The position numbers and the translations under genes are program-made. From the NCBI GenBank assembly GCA_031414535.1, contig JANNVQ010000057.1:101663-165662 (forward strand): a stretch of 64,000 nt of DNA. The letters are read 5' to 3'. Under the pieces are notes generated by a model. That model made no database searches and was not told the DNA's origin. It was given only the letters and a program-made list of their open reading frames with translations. Source of the DNA: Gemmatimonas sp. (GTDB taxonomy: Bacteria; Gemmatimonadota; Gemmatimonadetes; Gemmatimonadales; Gemmatimonadaceae). Positions 1 through 9,278 of the stretch are shown here, in pieces. Positions within the stretch are counted from its first letter, which is position 1; each line of letters opens with the position of its first letter.

Positions 1-114
1 CTTGGTATGGCACTGCTCTTGGTATGGGCGGTCCTCAGCTAGCATTTGCGCTGGTCGCGTCCACGGGCCACATTCACCCGCCGCGCCCGATCCCGCTCTC
101 CGGAGATCCACCGC

Positions 115-1740
115 TTGACCTCACGTCGCGAATTCCTTGCTTCAACAGGCCTTGCCGCGAGTGCCGTTGCGCTCGCCTCACGTCGCCTTGAGGCATCTGA
201 GCTTGGGTCGCCCATCATCACGGCTACCACCGAGCCCGATATGCAGGTGCGCGTCCTTCTTATGGAAGGACTCAATGCCGCAAAGCTTGGCGGTGCCTCC
301 TGGGCCGACGTGCGCGTGCAGCGGCAACGCCGTCAGAACCTGAGTACGCGCGAGCAGCAGGTCACCAATGTTCTCGACACCGACACCATCGGCGTGGGCG
401 TCCGCGTCCTCGTCGATGGAACCTGGGGATTCGCCGCCACACGCGCGCTCACCACCGAAGGCGTCGCTCGCGCCGCACGGCAAGCGGTGGCACTCGCCCG
501 CGCTAATCGCGTCGCCCGCGACCGTGAAGTGCGCCTCGCAGCCGCTCCCTCGCATCCTGCTGGCACATGGCGGTCGAGCTACACCGTTGATCCCTGGAGC
601 GTCCCAGTTGAGGAGAAAGTCGCGCTCCTGCTACAGGCCAACGCGGCGGCCCAGAAGGTGCGCAACGTGCGCTTCGTGAACTCGGCCTTGCAGTTCGTGA
701 AGGAGGAGCGCGCCTACGCCAACTCCGAAGGCTCCGTCATTAGCCAAGATGTCGTGCGTTCCTGGGTGACCATGTCCGTTACCGCCATCTCGGACGATCG
801 CACGCAAGTCGCCACGCGAGGTCCCGAAGTTGTGCAGCCTATGGGCCGCGGCTGGGAGTACGTGCTCGAAGCCGACATCGTCAATAACGCAACGGTGTGG
901 GCTGAGCAGGCCAGAGAGAAGCTGAGCGCACGCTCGGTGGAAGTTGGGCGCTGGGATCTCATCCTGCATCCCTCGCAGCTCTTCCTCACCATTCACGAAT
1001 CAATTGGCCATCCCACAGAGCTCGACCGTGCGATGGGCTACGAGGCCAACTACGCCGGCACCTCGTTCATCGCGCCGCCCAACGATGTGCTGGGTAAGCT
1101 CAAGCTTGGGCCCGAGCATCTCACCATTCGTGGTGATCGCTCGCAGACCGGCGCGCTTGCCACCATCGGCTACGATGACGACGGCGTGCAGCCTGATGAG
1201 TTCGACATCATCAAGAACGGTATCTTCTGGGACTACCAGACAACTCGTGAACAAGCCGAGTGGCTGCGGTCCTGGTACGAGAAGAACAACATGTCCGTGC
1301 GCTCCCACGGCTGCGCCTACGCACAGAACTGGAGCGATGTCTCCTTCCAGCGCATGCCCAACGTGAGCATCGTCCCAGATCAGCGCGTGGACCGCTCCTG
1401 GAACGACATCATCGCCAACACCGAACGTGGCATCGCGATGATTGGCCGCGCCTCGTATTCCATTGACCAGCAGCGCTACAACGCACAGTTCGGCGCGCAA
1501 ATCTGCTACGAAGTGCAGAACGGCAAGATTGTTGGCCAGCTGAAGGATGTTGCGTACGTGATGCGTACGTCGGAGTTCTGGAATTCCATTGACCTCATCG
1601 GTGGCAAGTCTTCCTACGAGCTCGGCGGCACCTTCAACGACGGCAAGGGTGAGCCCGGCCAGGCCAATGCCGTCAGTCACGGATGTCCGCCCTGCCGTTT
1701 TAAGAACATCAACGTGATCAACACGGGGGTCTCGCTATGA
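115..1740 (+). CDS. tldD: TldD family metalloprotease subunit with Tat-like N-terminus
   Basis: HESIGH (HExxGH) motif, RMPNV motif and C-terminal DGKGEPGQ...SHG. TTG start at 115 chosen because GGAG lies at 102-105; it gives MTSRREFL... The ORF track starts at 46. Confidence 0.88.
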   Translation: MTSRREFLASTGLAASAVALASRRLEASELGSPIITATTEPDMQVRVLLMEGLNAAKLGGASWADVRVQRQRRQNLSTREQQVTNVLDTDTIGVGVRVLVDGTWGFAATRALTTEGVARAARQAVALARANRVARDREVRLAAAPSHPAGTWRSSYTVDPWSVPVEEKVALLLQANAAAQKVRNVRFVNSALQFVKEERAYANSEGSVISQDVVRSWVTMSVTAISDDRTQVATRGPEVVQPMGRGWEYVLEADIVNNATVWAEQAREKLSARSVEVGRWDLILHPSQLFLTIHESIGHPTELDRAMGYEANYAGTSFIAPPNDVLGKLKLGPEHLTIRGDRSQTGALATIGYDDDGVQPDEFDIIKNGIFWDYQTTREQAEWLRSWYEKNNMSVRSHGCAYAQNWSDVSFQRMPNVSIVPDQRVDRSWNDIIANTERGIAMIGRASYSIDQQRYNAQFGAQICYEVQNGKIVGQLKDVAYVMRTSEFWNSIDLIGGKSSYELGGTFNDGKGEPGQANAVSHGCPPCRFKNINVINTGVSL

Positions 1741-3158
1741 GCGCCCGAATCGTTTCTGGTTCGCCAAGGCGCCTCATCGCGCAGCAAGAAGCCGTCCGCC
1801 ACGGTGTGCTGGACGAAGCCGTGGTGCTCACACGCACCGAATGTGAGGACGTGGTACAGCGTGCGCTCAAGGCTTCCAAGGCTGATGCGTGCCGTGTGAG
1901 CGTGAACAGCACGTACGACACCAATGTGCGATTTGCCGACAACCAGATGTCTACGTCTGGCATTACGGATAATGCGTCGGTGAGTATCACGTCGTTCGTT
2001 GGCAAGCGTAGTGCGACTGTGCTCACCAATGATTTATCGGTGCGCGGACTCGAGCAGGCCGTCGCGCAGTCGGAGGCTTTAGCACGACTGGCGCCTGAAG
2101 ACCCTGAGTCCCTTCCCGAGCTTGGGCCGCAGACCTACGTGGAGATTCCAGCGTGGTTCGATTCCACCGCCCAACTCTCCGCCGACGATCGCGCGCGCGC
2201 CGCACTGAGCGCCTTGCAGCTCTCCCGCGCGTCCAATGATCTACAGGCGGCTGGCTACATCGAGTGTAACGCCTCGGCGCGCGCCATTGGCAACAGTGCT
2301 GGCCTCTTCGCATTCCACAGAAGCACCAACGCTGACTACACACTTACTGTCCGCACCAGCGATGGCACTGGCTCCTCGTGGAGCGGGGCCAACGAGAACG
2401 ACTGGAGCAAGATTGACTTCCGCGCCATGGCCACGCGGACAATCGAGCGCGCACGCGCTTCTCGCGAACCACGCGCGGTGGAACCTGGGCGCTACACTGT
2501 CATTTTCGAGCCGCAGGCCTCCGCTGACTTTCTGGGTGCCGTTCGCGGCGTGCTCGGTGCCCGCCAAGCCGACGAAGGTCGCTCGGCGATGTCCAAGCCT
2601 GGCGGTGGCAGCAAGTTAGGTGAGCGCATTCTCGATTCCCGCGTCAGCCTGGTGAGCGACCCCACAGATGCGCAGGTGCTCGGCACGCCTTTCGACGGTG
2701 AGGGCCTTCCACTGCGTCGCGAAGTGTGGATCGAGAACGGTGTCCTCAAGCAACTCGCCTACGACCGTTTCTGGGCACAACGCCAGAACCAGCGCGCTAC
2801 CGGTGGCGGTGGTGGCGGCTTTGGAGGCGGAGGCAGCACCAAGATGCTCGGTGGCGAGAGCTCCATTGACGCAATGATTCGCGGCACGGAGCGCGGGGTA
2901 CTCGTCACGCGCCTCTGGTACCTTCGCCCCATCGATCAGCGCACGCTCATGTACACGGGCCTCACGCGCGACGGCACCTTCCTAATTGAGAACGGCCGCA
3001 TCAGTCGCTCCATCAAGAATTTCCGGTTCAACGATTCCCCGCTGATTATGCTCAACAAGGTGGATGCCATTGGTCCGGCCGTTCGCACGGCTGGCGGCGT
3101 CTTCCCCGCGGTGAAGGCAGACGACTTCTCGTTCACCAGCTTGTCGGACGCGGTCTGA
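1737..3158 (+). CDS. TldE/PmbA family non-catalytic partner
   Basis: RFADNQ, PFDGEG, IENGVL and TGLTRDGTFLIENG motifs; ATGA overlap with tldD stop. Confidence 0.85.
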   Translation: MSARIVSGSPRRLIAQQEAVRHGVLDEAVVLTRTECEDVVQRALKASKADACRVSVNSTYDTNVRFADNQMSTSGITDNASVSITSFVGKRSATVLTNDLSVRGLEQAVAQSEALARLAPEDPESLPELGPQTYVEIPAWFDSTAQLSADDRARAALSALQLSRASNDLQAAGYIECNASARAIGNSAGLFAFHRSTNADYTLTVRTSDGTGSSWSGANENDWSKIDFRAMATRTIERARASREPRAVEPGRYTVIFEPQASADFLGAVRGVLGARQADEGRSAMSKPGGGSKLGERILDSRVSLVSDPTDAQVLGTPFDGEGLPLRREVWIENGVLKQLAYDRFWAQRQNQRATGGGGGGFGGGGSTKMLGGESSIDAMIRGTERGVLVTRLWYLRPIDQRTLMYTGLTRDGTFLIENGRISRSIKNFRFNDSPLIMLNKVDAIGPAVRTAGGVFPAVKADDFSFTSLSDAV

Positions 3159-3204
3159 CCGCATGCGCGTCTCTCAGTTCATTCTTCCTCGAGCACCCTG
3201 AGCG

Positions 3205-4230
3205 ATGACACACCGCTTCCCGTGGGCTCGTTGGTCTGATGAACGCCTCATGCTCATGCGCCTGCGAGATCTGGGCGTCACCATCGAGGGCACCTGGGTC
3301 GGCGATTGCGTGAACGAACTGTACGCGGAGCTCGAGGCTCGCGAGATTCGCCTCAAGCCGCACATTTGGGTGAGCGACGAGTGGTTCTCTCCCGGCGGTG
3401 TCTCGGGCTTCGCGGTTCCCTTCTACCTCTTGCACCCACGCTTAGCTCGTCTCGAGCGCAGTCAGCTCATCGAGATAGAGGGTGGTACGCACCACGAGTG
3501 TATGAAGATTCTGCGCCACGAGTGCGGCCACGCCATCCAGCACGGCTACCAACTACATCGCAAGCGCGAGTGGCAGCGCCTCTTTGGCAAGTCGAGCAAG
3601 AAGTATCCCGAGGCCTATCGCCCCAACCCGGCGAGCAAGCGCTATGTGCAACATCTTCGGCGCTGGTATGCGCAAAGTCATCCCGATGAGGATTTTGCAG
3701 AGACCTTCGCGGTGTGGCTCAAGCCGCGCGCCGACTGGCGGCGCCGCTACGCCGGTTGGCCTGCGCTGCAGAAGCTTGAGTACGTCGATCGCCTGATGCA
3801 GGATCTTGCCGGCACCGTGCCCCCCGCGCGCAATCGTACCGTGGTCGATCCACTGCGTTTGCAAAAGGCTACCCTGTTCGAGCACTACACATACCGGCGT
3901 GCGATATATTCGGTCGAGTATCCTAAGACGTACGACGACGACTTGCTCCGGCTTTTCTCTGATGACCCTCGGCATCGCCACAAGGCCACGGCCGCGTCGT
4001 TCCTGCGCACCCACCGCGCCGACATCCGGCGCATCGTGTCGCGTTGGACTGGTGAATATGAATTCTCACTCAATCAAGTGCTCACGGATATGATCGGCCG
4101 ATGCGGCGAGCTGCGGCTCCGCGTGACTGGCTCAGAACGCCAACTGCTCACTGACTTTATGGTGCTCCTCACTGCGCGAACGATGAGCTTTCTCGTCGGC
4201 CAAGGACGCCGCGACTGGATTGCCGTATGA
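3205..4230 (+). CDS. Putative zinc-binding metallopeptidase (zincin, Peptidase_Mx-like)
   Basis: LRHECGH (HExxH) plus YAQSHPDEDFAETFA downstream ligand motif; no signal peptide. Confidence 0.75.
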   Translation: MTHRFPWARWSDERLMLMRLRDLGVTIEGTWVGDCVNELYAELEAREIRLKPHIWVSDEWFSPGGVSGFAVPFYLLHPRLARLERSQLIEIEGGTHHECMKILRHECGHAIQHGYQLHRKREWQRLFGKSSKKYPEAYRPNPASKRYVQHLRRWYAQSHPDEDFAETFAVWLKPRADWRRRYAGWPALQKLEYVDRLMQDLAGTVPPARNRTVVDPLRLQKATLFEHYTYRRAIYSVEYPKTYDDDLLRLFSDDPRHRHKATAASFLRTHRADIRRIVSRWTGEYEFSLNQVLTDMIGRCGELRLRVTGSERQLLTDFMVLLTARTMSFLVGQGRRDWIAV

Positions 4231-5240
4231 GGAAGCTCCGCATCCTCGTGCTGACGCACCCGGATCTGGCGCCTCCTGAGATCCTCAGCTCGCTGACCCC
4301 CAAAGAAGCGTTCGAGATCAAGACCGAGATTGACGTCATCACCACGCTGCGCAGACTCGGGCACGACGTGCACGTCCTTGGTGTGCAGTGGGAGCTACGC
4401 CCCATCCGTGAGGCGGTGGACGTGCTCAAGCCCGACATCGTCTTCAACTTGCTCGAAGAGTTCCACGGCGAGACGACCTACGACCACAACGTCGTCGGTT
4501 TCCTCGAGCTCATGAAGGTGCCCTACAGTGGCTGTAACCCGCGTGGGTTGATGCTCTCGCGCGGCAAGGCGCTGTCCAAGAAATTACTGGCCTATCACCG
4601 CATTCGTGTGCCAGACTTCGCCGTGTTTCCGATGAACCGCAAGGTGCGCCGTCCGCGACATCTCGGCTTCCCGCTCATCGTGAAGTCGCTCATCGAACAC
4701 TCGTCCACGGGAATCTCGCAGGCCTCGGTGGTGGATTCGGACGAGAAGCTCGCCGAGCGCGTGCGGTTCATCCACGAGCGCGTTGGGACCGATGCCATCG
4801 CGGAACAGTTCATCAATGGCCGGGAGATCTATGTGAGCGTCCTTGGCAATGATCGCCTTCGCGCTTTCACGCCATGGGAGTTATTCGCCGAGAAGGGGAA
4901 CCCCGACGAGCCGCTCATTGCGACCGCCAATGCTAAGCACAATGTTGACTATCAGGAAAAGAAGGGCATCGTCATCCGTGCGGCGCAGGAACTGCACCCG
5001 AGCCTCGAGGAGCGTTTGCTGCACGACAGCAAACGGATCTACCGGATTCTTGAGCTCACGGGCTATGCACGCATTGATTTCCGTCTCGACGCTGATGACA
5101 ATCCTTTCTTTCTTGAAGCCAATCCGAACCCCGATATTTCGGAGCACGAGGAGTTTGCGGCGGCTGCAAATTTTGACGGCGTGAGCTACCCGAAGCTCCT
5201 CGAACGCATCATTCGCTTGGGGCTGCGAGACGCCGAGTAA
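4227..5240 (+). CDS. D-Ala-D-Ala ligase-like ATP-grasp ligase (Ddl paralog)
   Basis: FNLLEE, PYSG, FPLIVK, EQFINGRE, GYARIDFR and FLEANPNP ATP-grasp motifs; ATGA overlap with the zincin gene. Confidence 0.85.
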   Translation: MRKLRILVLTHPDLAPPEILSSLTPKEAFEIKTEIDVITTLRRLGHDVHVLGVQWELRPIREAVDVLKPDIVFNLLEEFHGETTYDHNVVGFLELMKVPYSGCNPRGLMLSRGKALSKKLLAYHRIRVPDFAVFPMNRKVRRPRHLGFPLIVKSLIEHSSTGISQASVVDSDEKLAERVRFIHERVGTDAIAEQFINGREIYVSVLGNDRLRAFTPWELFAEKGNPDEPLIATANAKHNVDYQEKKGIVIRAAQELHPSLEERLLHDSKRIYRILELTGYARIDFRLDADDNPFFLEANPNPDISEHEEFAAAANFDGVSYPKLLERIIRLGLRDAE

Positions 5241-5322
5241 CGGTCCGTGCCCGACCGCGAGGGGTCGCTACGCTGCCTGGCAACTCTCAACGATTGCTTT
5301 GCAGTACGCGTAGGACGCCTAG

Positions 5323-6621
5323 ATGAAAATCACTCCTCGCCTTCGTCGCCTAGCGCTCTTTGCGCTGGGCATTCTGTTCTCCGTCTCGCTGTCTGCCCAA
5401 GAGGGACAGACTCCTCGAGCCGAGCCCAGCTCCGAACCGCGGCTCCGGGTCTTCCTCGACTGCCAGAGCGGCTGTGATCGCAACTTCCTGCTGACGGCGC
5501 TCCCCTTCGTGCTCTTCACGCAGGACCGCCTGGACGCAGACATTCACGCGCTCATCACCGGTCTTGGCACCGCTTCCGGTGGCACGGAATACACATTTTT
5601 GCTGTTGGGGCGTGGCGTCTTCGTCGGCCGTGCCGACACGATGCGAGCCAACATCGCGCCCAATTCCTCCGATGATATGCGGCGACGAGAGCTCGCTCGC
5701 GTACTGCAGATCGCGCTCTTCCCTTATGCCATTCGCGTCACCGGCGCTGGGGCGTTCTCGGTGCACTATGATGCGCCGGCTACAGCCGCAGGTGGAATCG
5801 GCCGTGTCATCAACGATCCCTGGAACTTCTGGGTATATCGTGTCCGTGCGAACGGCAGCGGGTCGGCCGAGCAGCTCAATTCGTCGTATCAAATCACGGG
5901 TGGCGTCAACATCAGCCGTACCACGGAAATCTGGAAAATTTCAATCAACTCCAACGAGGAGTACCGCGCCAATACCTTCACCCTCTCCAGTGGCGCGGAG
6001 CGTTCGTTCATCCTTCGCAGCTCGGACGTCTCGGCGCGAATCGTGCGGAGCGTGACGGAGCATTGGTCCGTCGGCGCCCGCGCAACCGGCGGGCGCTCCG
6101 ACTTCCGCAACCAGAATCTGTCCAGCGGGCTCGAACTCTCCGGCGAGTACAACGTGTTTCCCTGGAAGGAAGCCACCTCGCGTCAGCTCTTGGCGCTTGT
6201 GTCGTTGGGGGCACGGCATTTCGACTACCAGGACACCACCATCTTCGGACGTGTCGACGAGACCCGCCCAGTCGCTCGCGCCATCCTCGCCGGTGAGTCG
6301 CGGCAACAGTGGGGCACCATTGATGCCTCCATGCGCTACACGCACTTCCTTCACAACGCCACGACATACAATCTGAGCTTCAACGGTCGCGCGCAGTTCC
6401 GTCTGAGCCGCGGCCTCGCGCTCGAGTTACGCGGCGATGCCGCCAAGGTCAACGATCAACTCTTCCTCCGCCGCGGAGGCGCGTCTGATGAAGAGGTTCT
6501 ACTGCGGCAGCGTGCCCTCGCCACCAACTTCCGCCTCGGTGGCTCCGTGGGACTCAGCTTCACCTTCGGCTCCATCTACAACACCATCGTCAATCCGCGA
6601 CTCGACGAGCTTGGTACCTGA
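5323..6621 (+). CDS. Secreted hypothetical protein, probable outer-membrane beta-barrel
   Basis: Sec signal peptide, N-terminal VFLDCxxxCD domain, alternating beta-strand pattern in the C-terminal two thirds. Confidence 0.6.
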   Translation: MKITPRLRRLALFALGILFSVSLSAQEGQTPRAEPSSEPRLRVFLDCQSGCDRNFLLTALPFVLFTQDRLDADIHALITGLGTASGGTEYTFLLLGRGVFVGRADTMRANIAPNSSDDMRRRELARVLQIALFPYAIRVTGAGAFSVHYDAPATAAGGIGRVINDPWNFWVYRVRANGSGSAEQLNSSYQITGGVNISRTTEIWKISINSNEEYRANTFTLSSGAERSFILRSSDVSARIVRSVTEHWSVGARATGGRSDFRNQNLSSGLELSGEYNVFPWKEATSRQLLALVSLGARHFDYQDTTIFGRVDETRPVARAILAGESRQQWGTIDASMRYTHFLHNATTYNLSFNGRAQFRLSRGLALELRGDAAKVNDQLFLRRGGASDEEVLLRQRALATNFRLGGSVGLSFTFGSIYNTIVNPRLDELGT

Positions 6622-6656
6622 GCAGCGTGCGAACGCGATGACGCGCCCGACGGCAG

Positions 6657-7046
6657 TCAGTCGCTGACGGCCATCGCAAAGGTGATGGCATTGCCGCCAG
6701 GTTCGCGTACGCCAATCTCTTCCATTCCGTAGAACGTCTTCCGTCGCGGGAAGACGATCGGTGCGCCCTCCACGGCTTCAATCGTTTGATCGAGGTCCAT
6801 AACCTCGAGAAACAGATACGTGCCGCCACCCGGCGCATCGGCCAGCGCCGGCAAGTCGCTCGCGACGCTCGCGCGGGTTTGATACATGATCTCAAGTCCG
6901 CTCTTCTCAAGAATCACGAAGCCAAGCCGGCCTTCGTGCATCACATCGGCGGTCTTGTCGAATCCCAACGCCTCCCAGAACAGAACGCAGGGCTCAATCT
7001 CATCTACGAGGAGCACGGGCGTGATGCGCTTCAGCCAGTTAGGCAT
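6657..7046 (-). CDS. VOC/glyoxalase family protein
   Basis: ITPVLLV...FWEALGF and TFYGMEEIGVREPGGN motifs; start at MPNWLK. Confidence 0.8.
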   Translation of the reverse strand: MPNWLKRITPVLLVDEIEPCVLFWEALGFDKTADVMHEGRLGFVILEKSGLEIMYQTRASVASDLPALADAPGGGTYLFLEVMDLDQTIEAVEGAPIVFPRRKTFYGMEEIGVREPGGNAITFAMAVSD

Positions 7047-7048
7047 CG

Positions 7049-8500
7049 TCAGTTCCCCGAACGCGCGGCGGCGTGCTTGGCGCGAATGCTGTCGAGACCG
7101 GCGCTCAATGCTTCCGCCGATACCCAACGGCCACGCACCATGACGCCGGCTCGCTTGTTGAGATTCGCGAGGTCCACAGTAGGGTCAGCGTCGAGCAGCA
7201 CGAGGTCGGCCCACTTCGCCTCCGCCACCGTTCCAAAGGCACCATCTCCGCGGAGACTTTCCCGCACATAGCGGCTGACTGCGCGTGTGCCACTCTCAAG
7301 AATTTGTTGCGGCGTGAGGCCCGCTGCCTGTGCAACCTGCAGTTCGCGGTGGAGCGCGAAGCCTGGGACGTTAAACATCTGCGGCGAATCGGTACCCATC
7401 AGCAAGGGTGCGCCGGCATCGGCGAGTGCCTTCAGCATCTGGCGGCGAAGCTCGAGGTAGCGCGCGCGCCGCGGCGGCGTCATCCGCTGGTTCTCGTCGG
7501 CGAGAGACCGCCCACGCTTCTGGTTCATCCACGCCGTCACCTGTTGCTGCGACACGTACGCCATCTCCGGCAAGGCCGCCATTTCTTCAGCGGTCCGGTC
7601 GTTGTAGAAATTTTCCCAGAGATACATCGTCGGCACATTCCACACATTCAGATCACGCGCCATGCGCGCGAGCGCTGGGAACTTGGCCGGATCGATCGCG
7701 TCAATCACATCGCCGAGTTGACCACCCGAGGCATACACGCTGGAATCGCCCACGGCGGCCTCAAGGTAGCCGTCCACGTGGTCAATCGTCGCGATGCCAG
7801 TACGCATCGCGTGTACGATGCCGACGTCCGCCGGTATGTGTCCCCCAAAGGTGAGGCCCTGTACCCGCATCTCCCGCACGGCGGCATCCCAGGTCGCGCG
7901 ACTTACACCCGGATGAATCTTCACCAAGTCGTATCCGGTTTGCTTGGCTTGACGCACCAGCGCTATCGCGGCTTCAGGGGTTGGTGCCGAGGTCCCATTG
8001 AGCGAAGGCGCCGCGGAAAAGAACTGAGGACCCAGCATTTCTCCTCTGGCCAGCTGCTGCTTGAGCGCAATCTGATACGGCGCGCCGAGCATACCCCGAA
8101 TTGTCGTAATGCCGTTGGCGACGTACAGGAACATGATGTCCGCCAATTGCTCCTGCGTCGGATTTCCCGGCGGCACGTGCGCGTGCATCTCGGCCAGGCC
8201 CGGCATCAGGAACTTCCCCCGGCCAAGGATTCGCGTGGCGTTGTCCGGCACAGGCGTCGAATTGCTCGGACCAATCGTCGCAATGCGGCCATTAATGACA
8301 ATCACCGTTTGGTCGTACAGCCGACGATTTCCTTCCATCGTTAGTACGGTGACATTCGTAAACGCCACGGGAAGCGGCTGGCCTGAAGGAAAGGTCTGGG
8401 TCGCGAAGGTCTGCGCCCCGGCAGCCCGAGGCAGGCCTAGGGTCGCGAGGACAGCAAGGAGCGTGTTAGTGGCTCGTCGCAGGCTGCGGAGCTTCGACAT
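7049..8500 (-). CDS. Secreted amidohydrolase family protein
   Basis: LMPGLAEMHAH, GTDSP and ADLVLLDADP motifs; signal peptide; start at MSKLRS. Confidence 0.85.
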   Translation of the reverse strand: MSKLRSLRRATNTLLAVLATLGLPRAAGAQTFATQTFPSGQPLPVAFTNVTVLTMEGNRRLYDQTVIVINGRIATIGPSNSTPVPDNATRILGRGKFLMPGLAEMHAHVPPGNPTQEQLADIMFLYVANGITTIRGMLGAPYQIALKQQLARGEMLGPQFFSAAPSLNGTSAPTPEAAIALVRQAKQTGYDLVKIHPGVSRATWDAAVREMRVQGLTFGGHIPADVGIVHAMRTGIATIDHVDGYLEAAVGDSSVYASGGQLGDVIDAIDPAKFPALARMARDLNVWNVPTMYLWENFYNDRTAEEMAALPEMAYVSQQQVTAWMNQKRGRSLADENQRMTPPRRARYLELRRQMLKALADAGAPLLMGTDSPQMFNVPGFALHRELQVAQAAGLTPQQILESGTRAVSRYVRESLRGDGAFGTVAEAKWADLVLLDADPTVDLANLNKRAGVMVRGRWVSAEALSAGLDSIRAKHAAARSGN

Positions 8501-8578
8501 TCGGCTTCTCCGAGAGTGGTTCGGCGCGCGGCGTGAAGATGCAGGCGCAGGCAAGAATCGGCGTTAACTTACGCCAAT

Positions 8579-9064
8579 ATGTCCGCCGCCGTTCAGCCTA
8601 GCGCATCGCGCACCGGAATACTCGGCCTCAGCTGGCGTCAGCTCACCGCGCTGATTGCGCTGGGCAATGCCTTCGTCGCCACATACCTGCATCTGTGGAA
8701 GATCGGCAAGGCCGGAACGCTTGCCTGTGGTGGCAGCGGCGGCTGCGCGCTCGTCCAATACAGCCCGTGGAGCTACTTCTTTGGCGTGGACGTCGCGCTC
8801 ATCGGCGCCATCGGCTATACGCTGTTGTTCTTCGTGGCCGTCGTAGGCAGTAGCGAGCGCTGGGTCAATGATCGCATCTTCGCCGGTGCTCAGGTGATGC
8901 TGGTCTACCCAGCGGTGCTGTTCACGCTGCGGCTGAAGTGGGCCGAGTTCTATAAACTTCGTACGTTTTGCCCGTGGTGCGCGATTTCGGCAGTTTCCAT
9001 CACAATCTTGGCCGTCATTGTCACGCTCGAGTGGCGGCGGCTACGTCGCCTCAGCAAAGCCTAG
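8579..9064 (+). CDS. Vitamin K epoxide reductase (VKOR) family disulfide-bond protein
   Basis: Loop cysteines C-GGSGG-C, CPWC redox motif, four TM segments. Confidence 0.88.
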   Translation: MSAAVQPSASRTGILGLSWRQLTALIALGNAFVATYLHLWKIGKAGTLACGGSGGCALVQYSPWSYFFGVDVALIGAIGYTLLFFVAVVGSSERWVNDRIFAGAQVMLVYPAVLFTLRLKWAEFYKLRTFCPWCAISAVSITILAVIVTLEWRRLRRLSKA

Positions 9065-9078
9065 CATTTTGTTTCCAG

Positions 9079-9151
<73 letters not shown>

Positions 9152-9162
9152 GTAAGTCTCGA

Positions 9163-9191
9163 AACCTAGCCACCTTGAGGCTTTGGCTCAA
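9163..9191 (-). promoter_or_regulatory. sigma70-type promoter of tRNA-Phe
   Basis: TTGAGC-17 bp-TAGGTT on the minus strand, 11 bp upstream of the tRNA. Confidence 0.55.
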
Positions 9192-9278
9192 GGAGGCCAA
9201 ACCCTGAGAACCGGGTGGCTTTGGTCTGCGTTGGACCACCTGCCTCCGGTAATCCCACCACCCTCGCCTCTGCGTCCC

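Noticed and set aside
1..27. CTTGGTATGG direct repeat and sigma54-like TGGCAC-N5-TTGG upstream of tldD
   Set aside because: The -12 GC is missing, there are only two copies, and the window edge removes context
7073..8344. 423-aa plus-strand ORF
   Set aside because: Antisense shadow of the amidohydrolase; no motifs; expected in high-GC DNA
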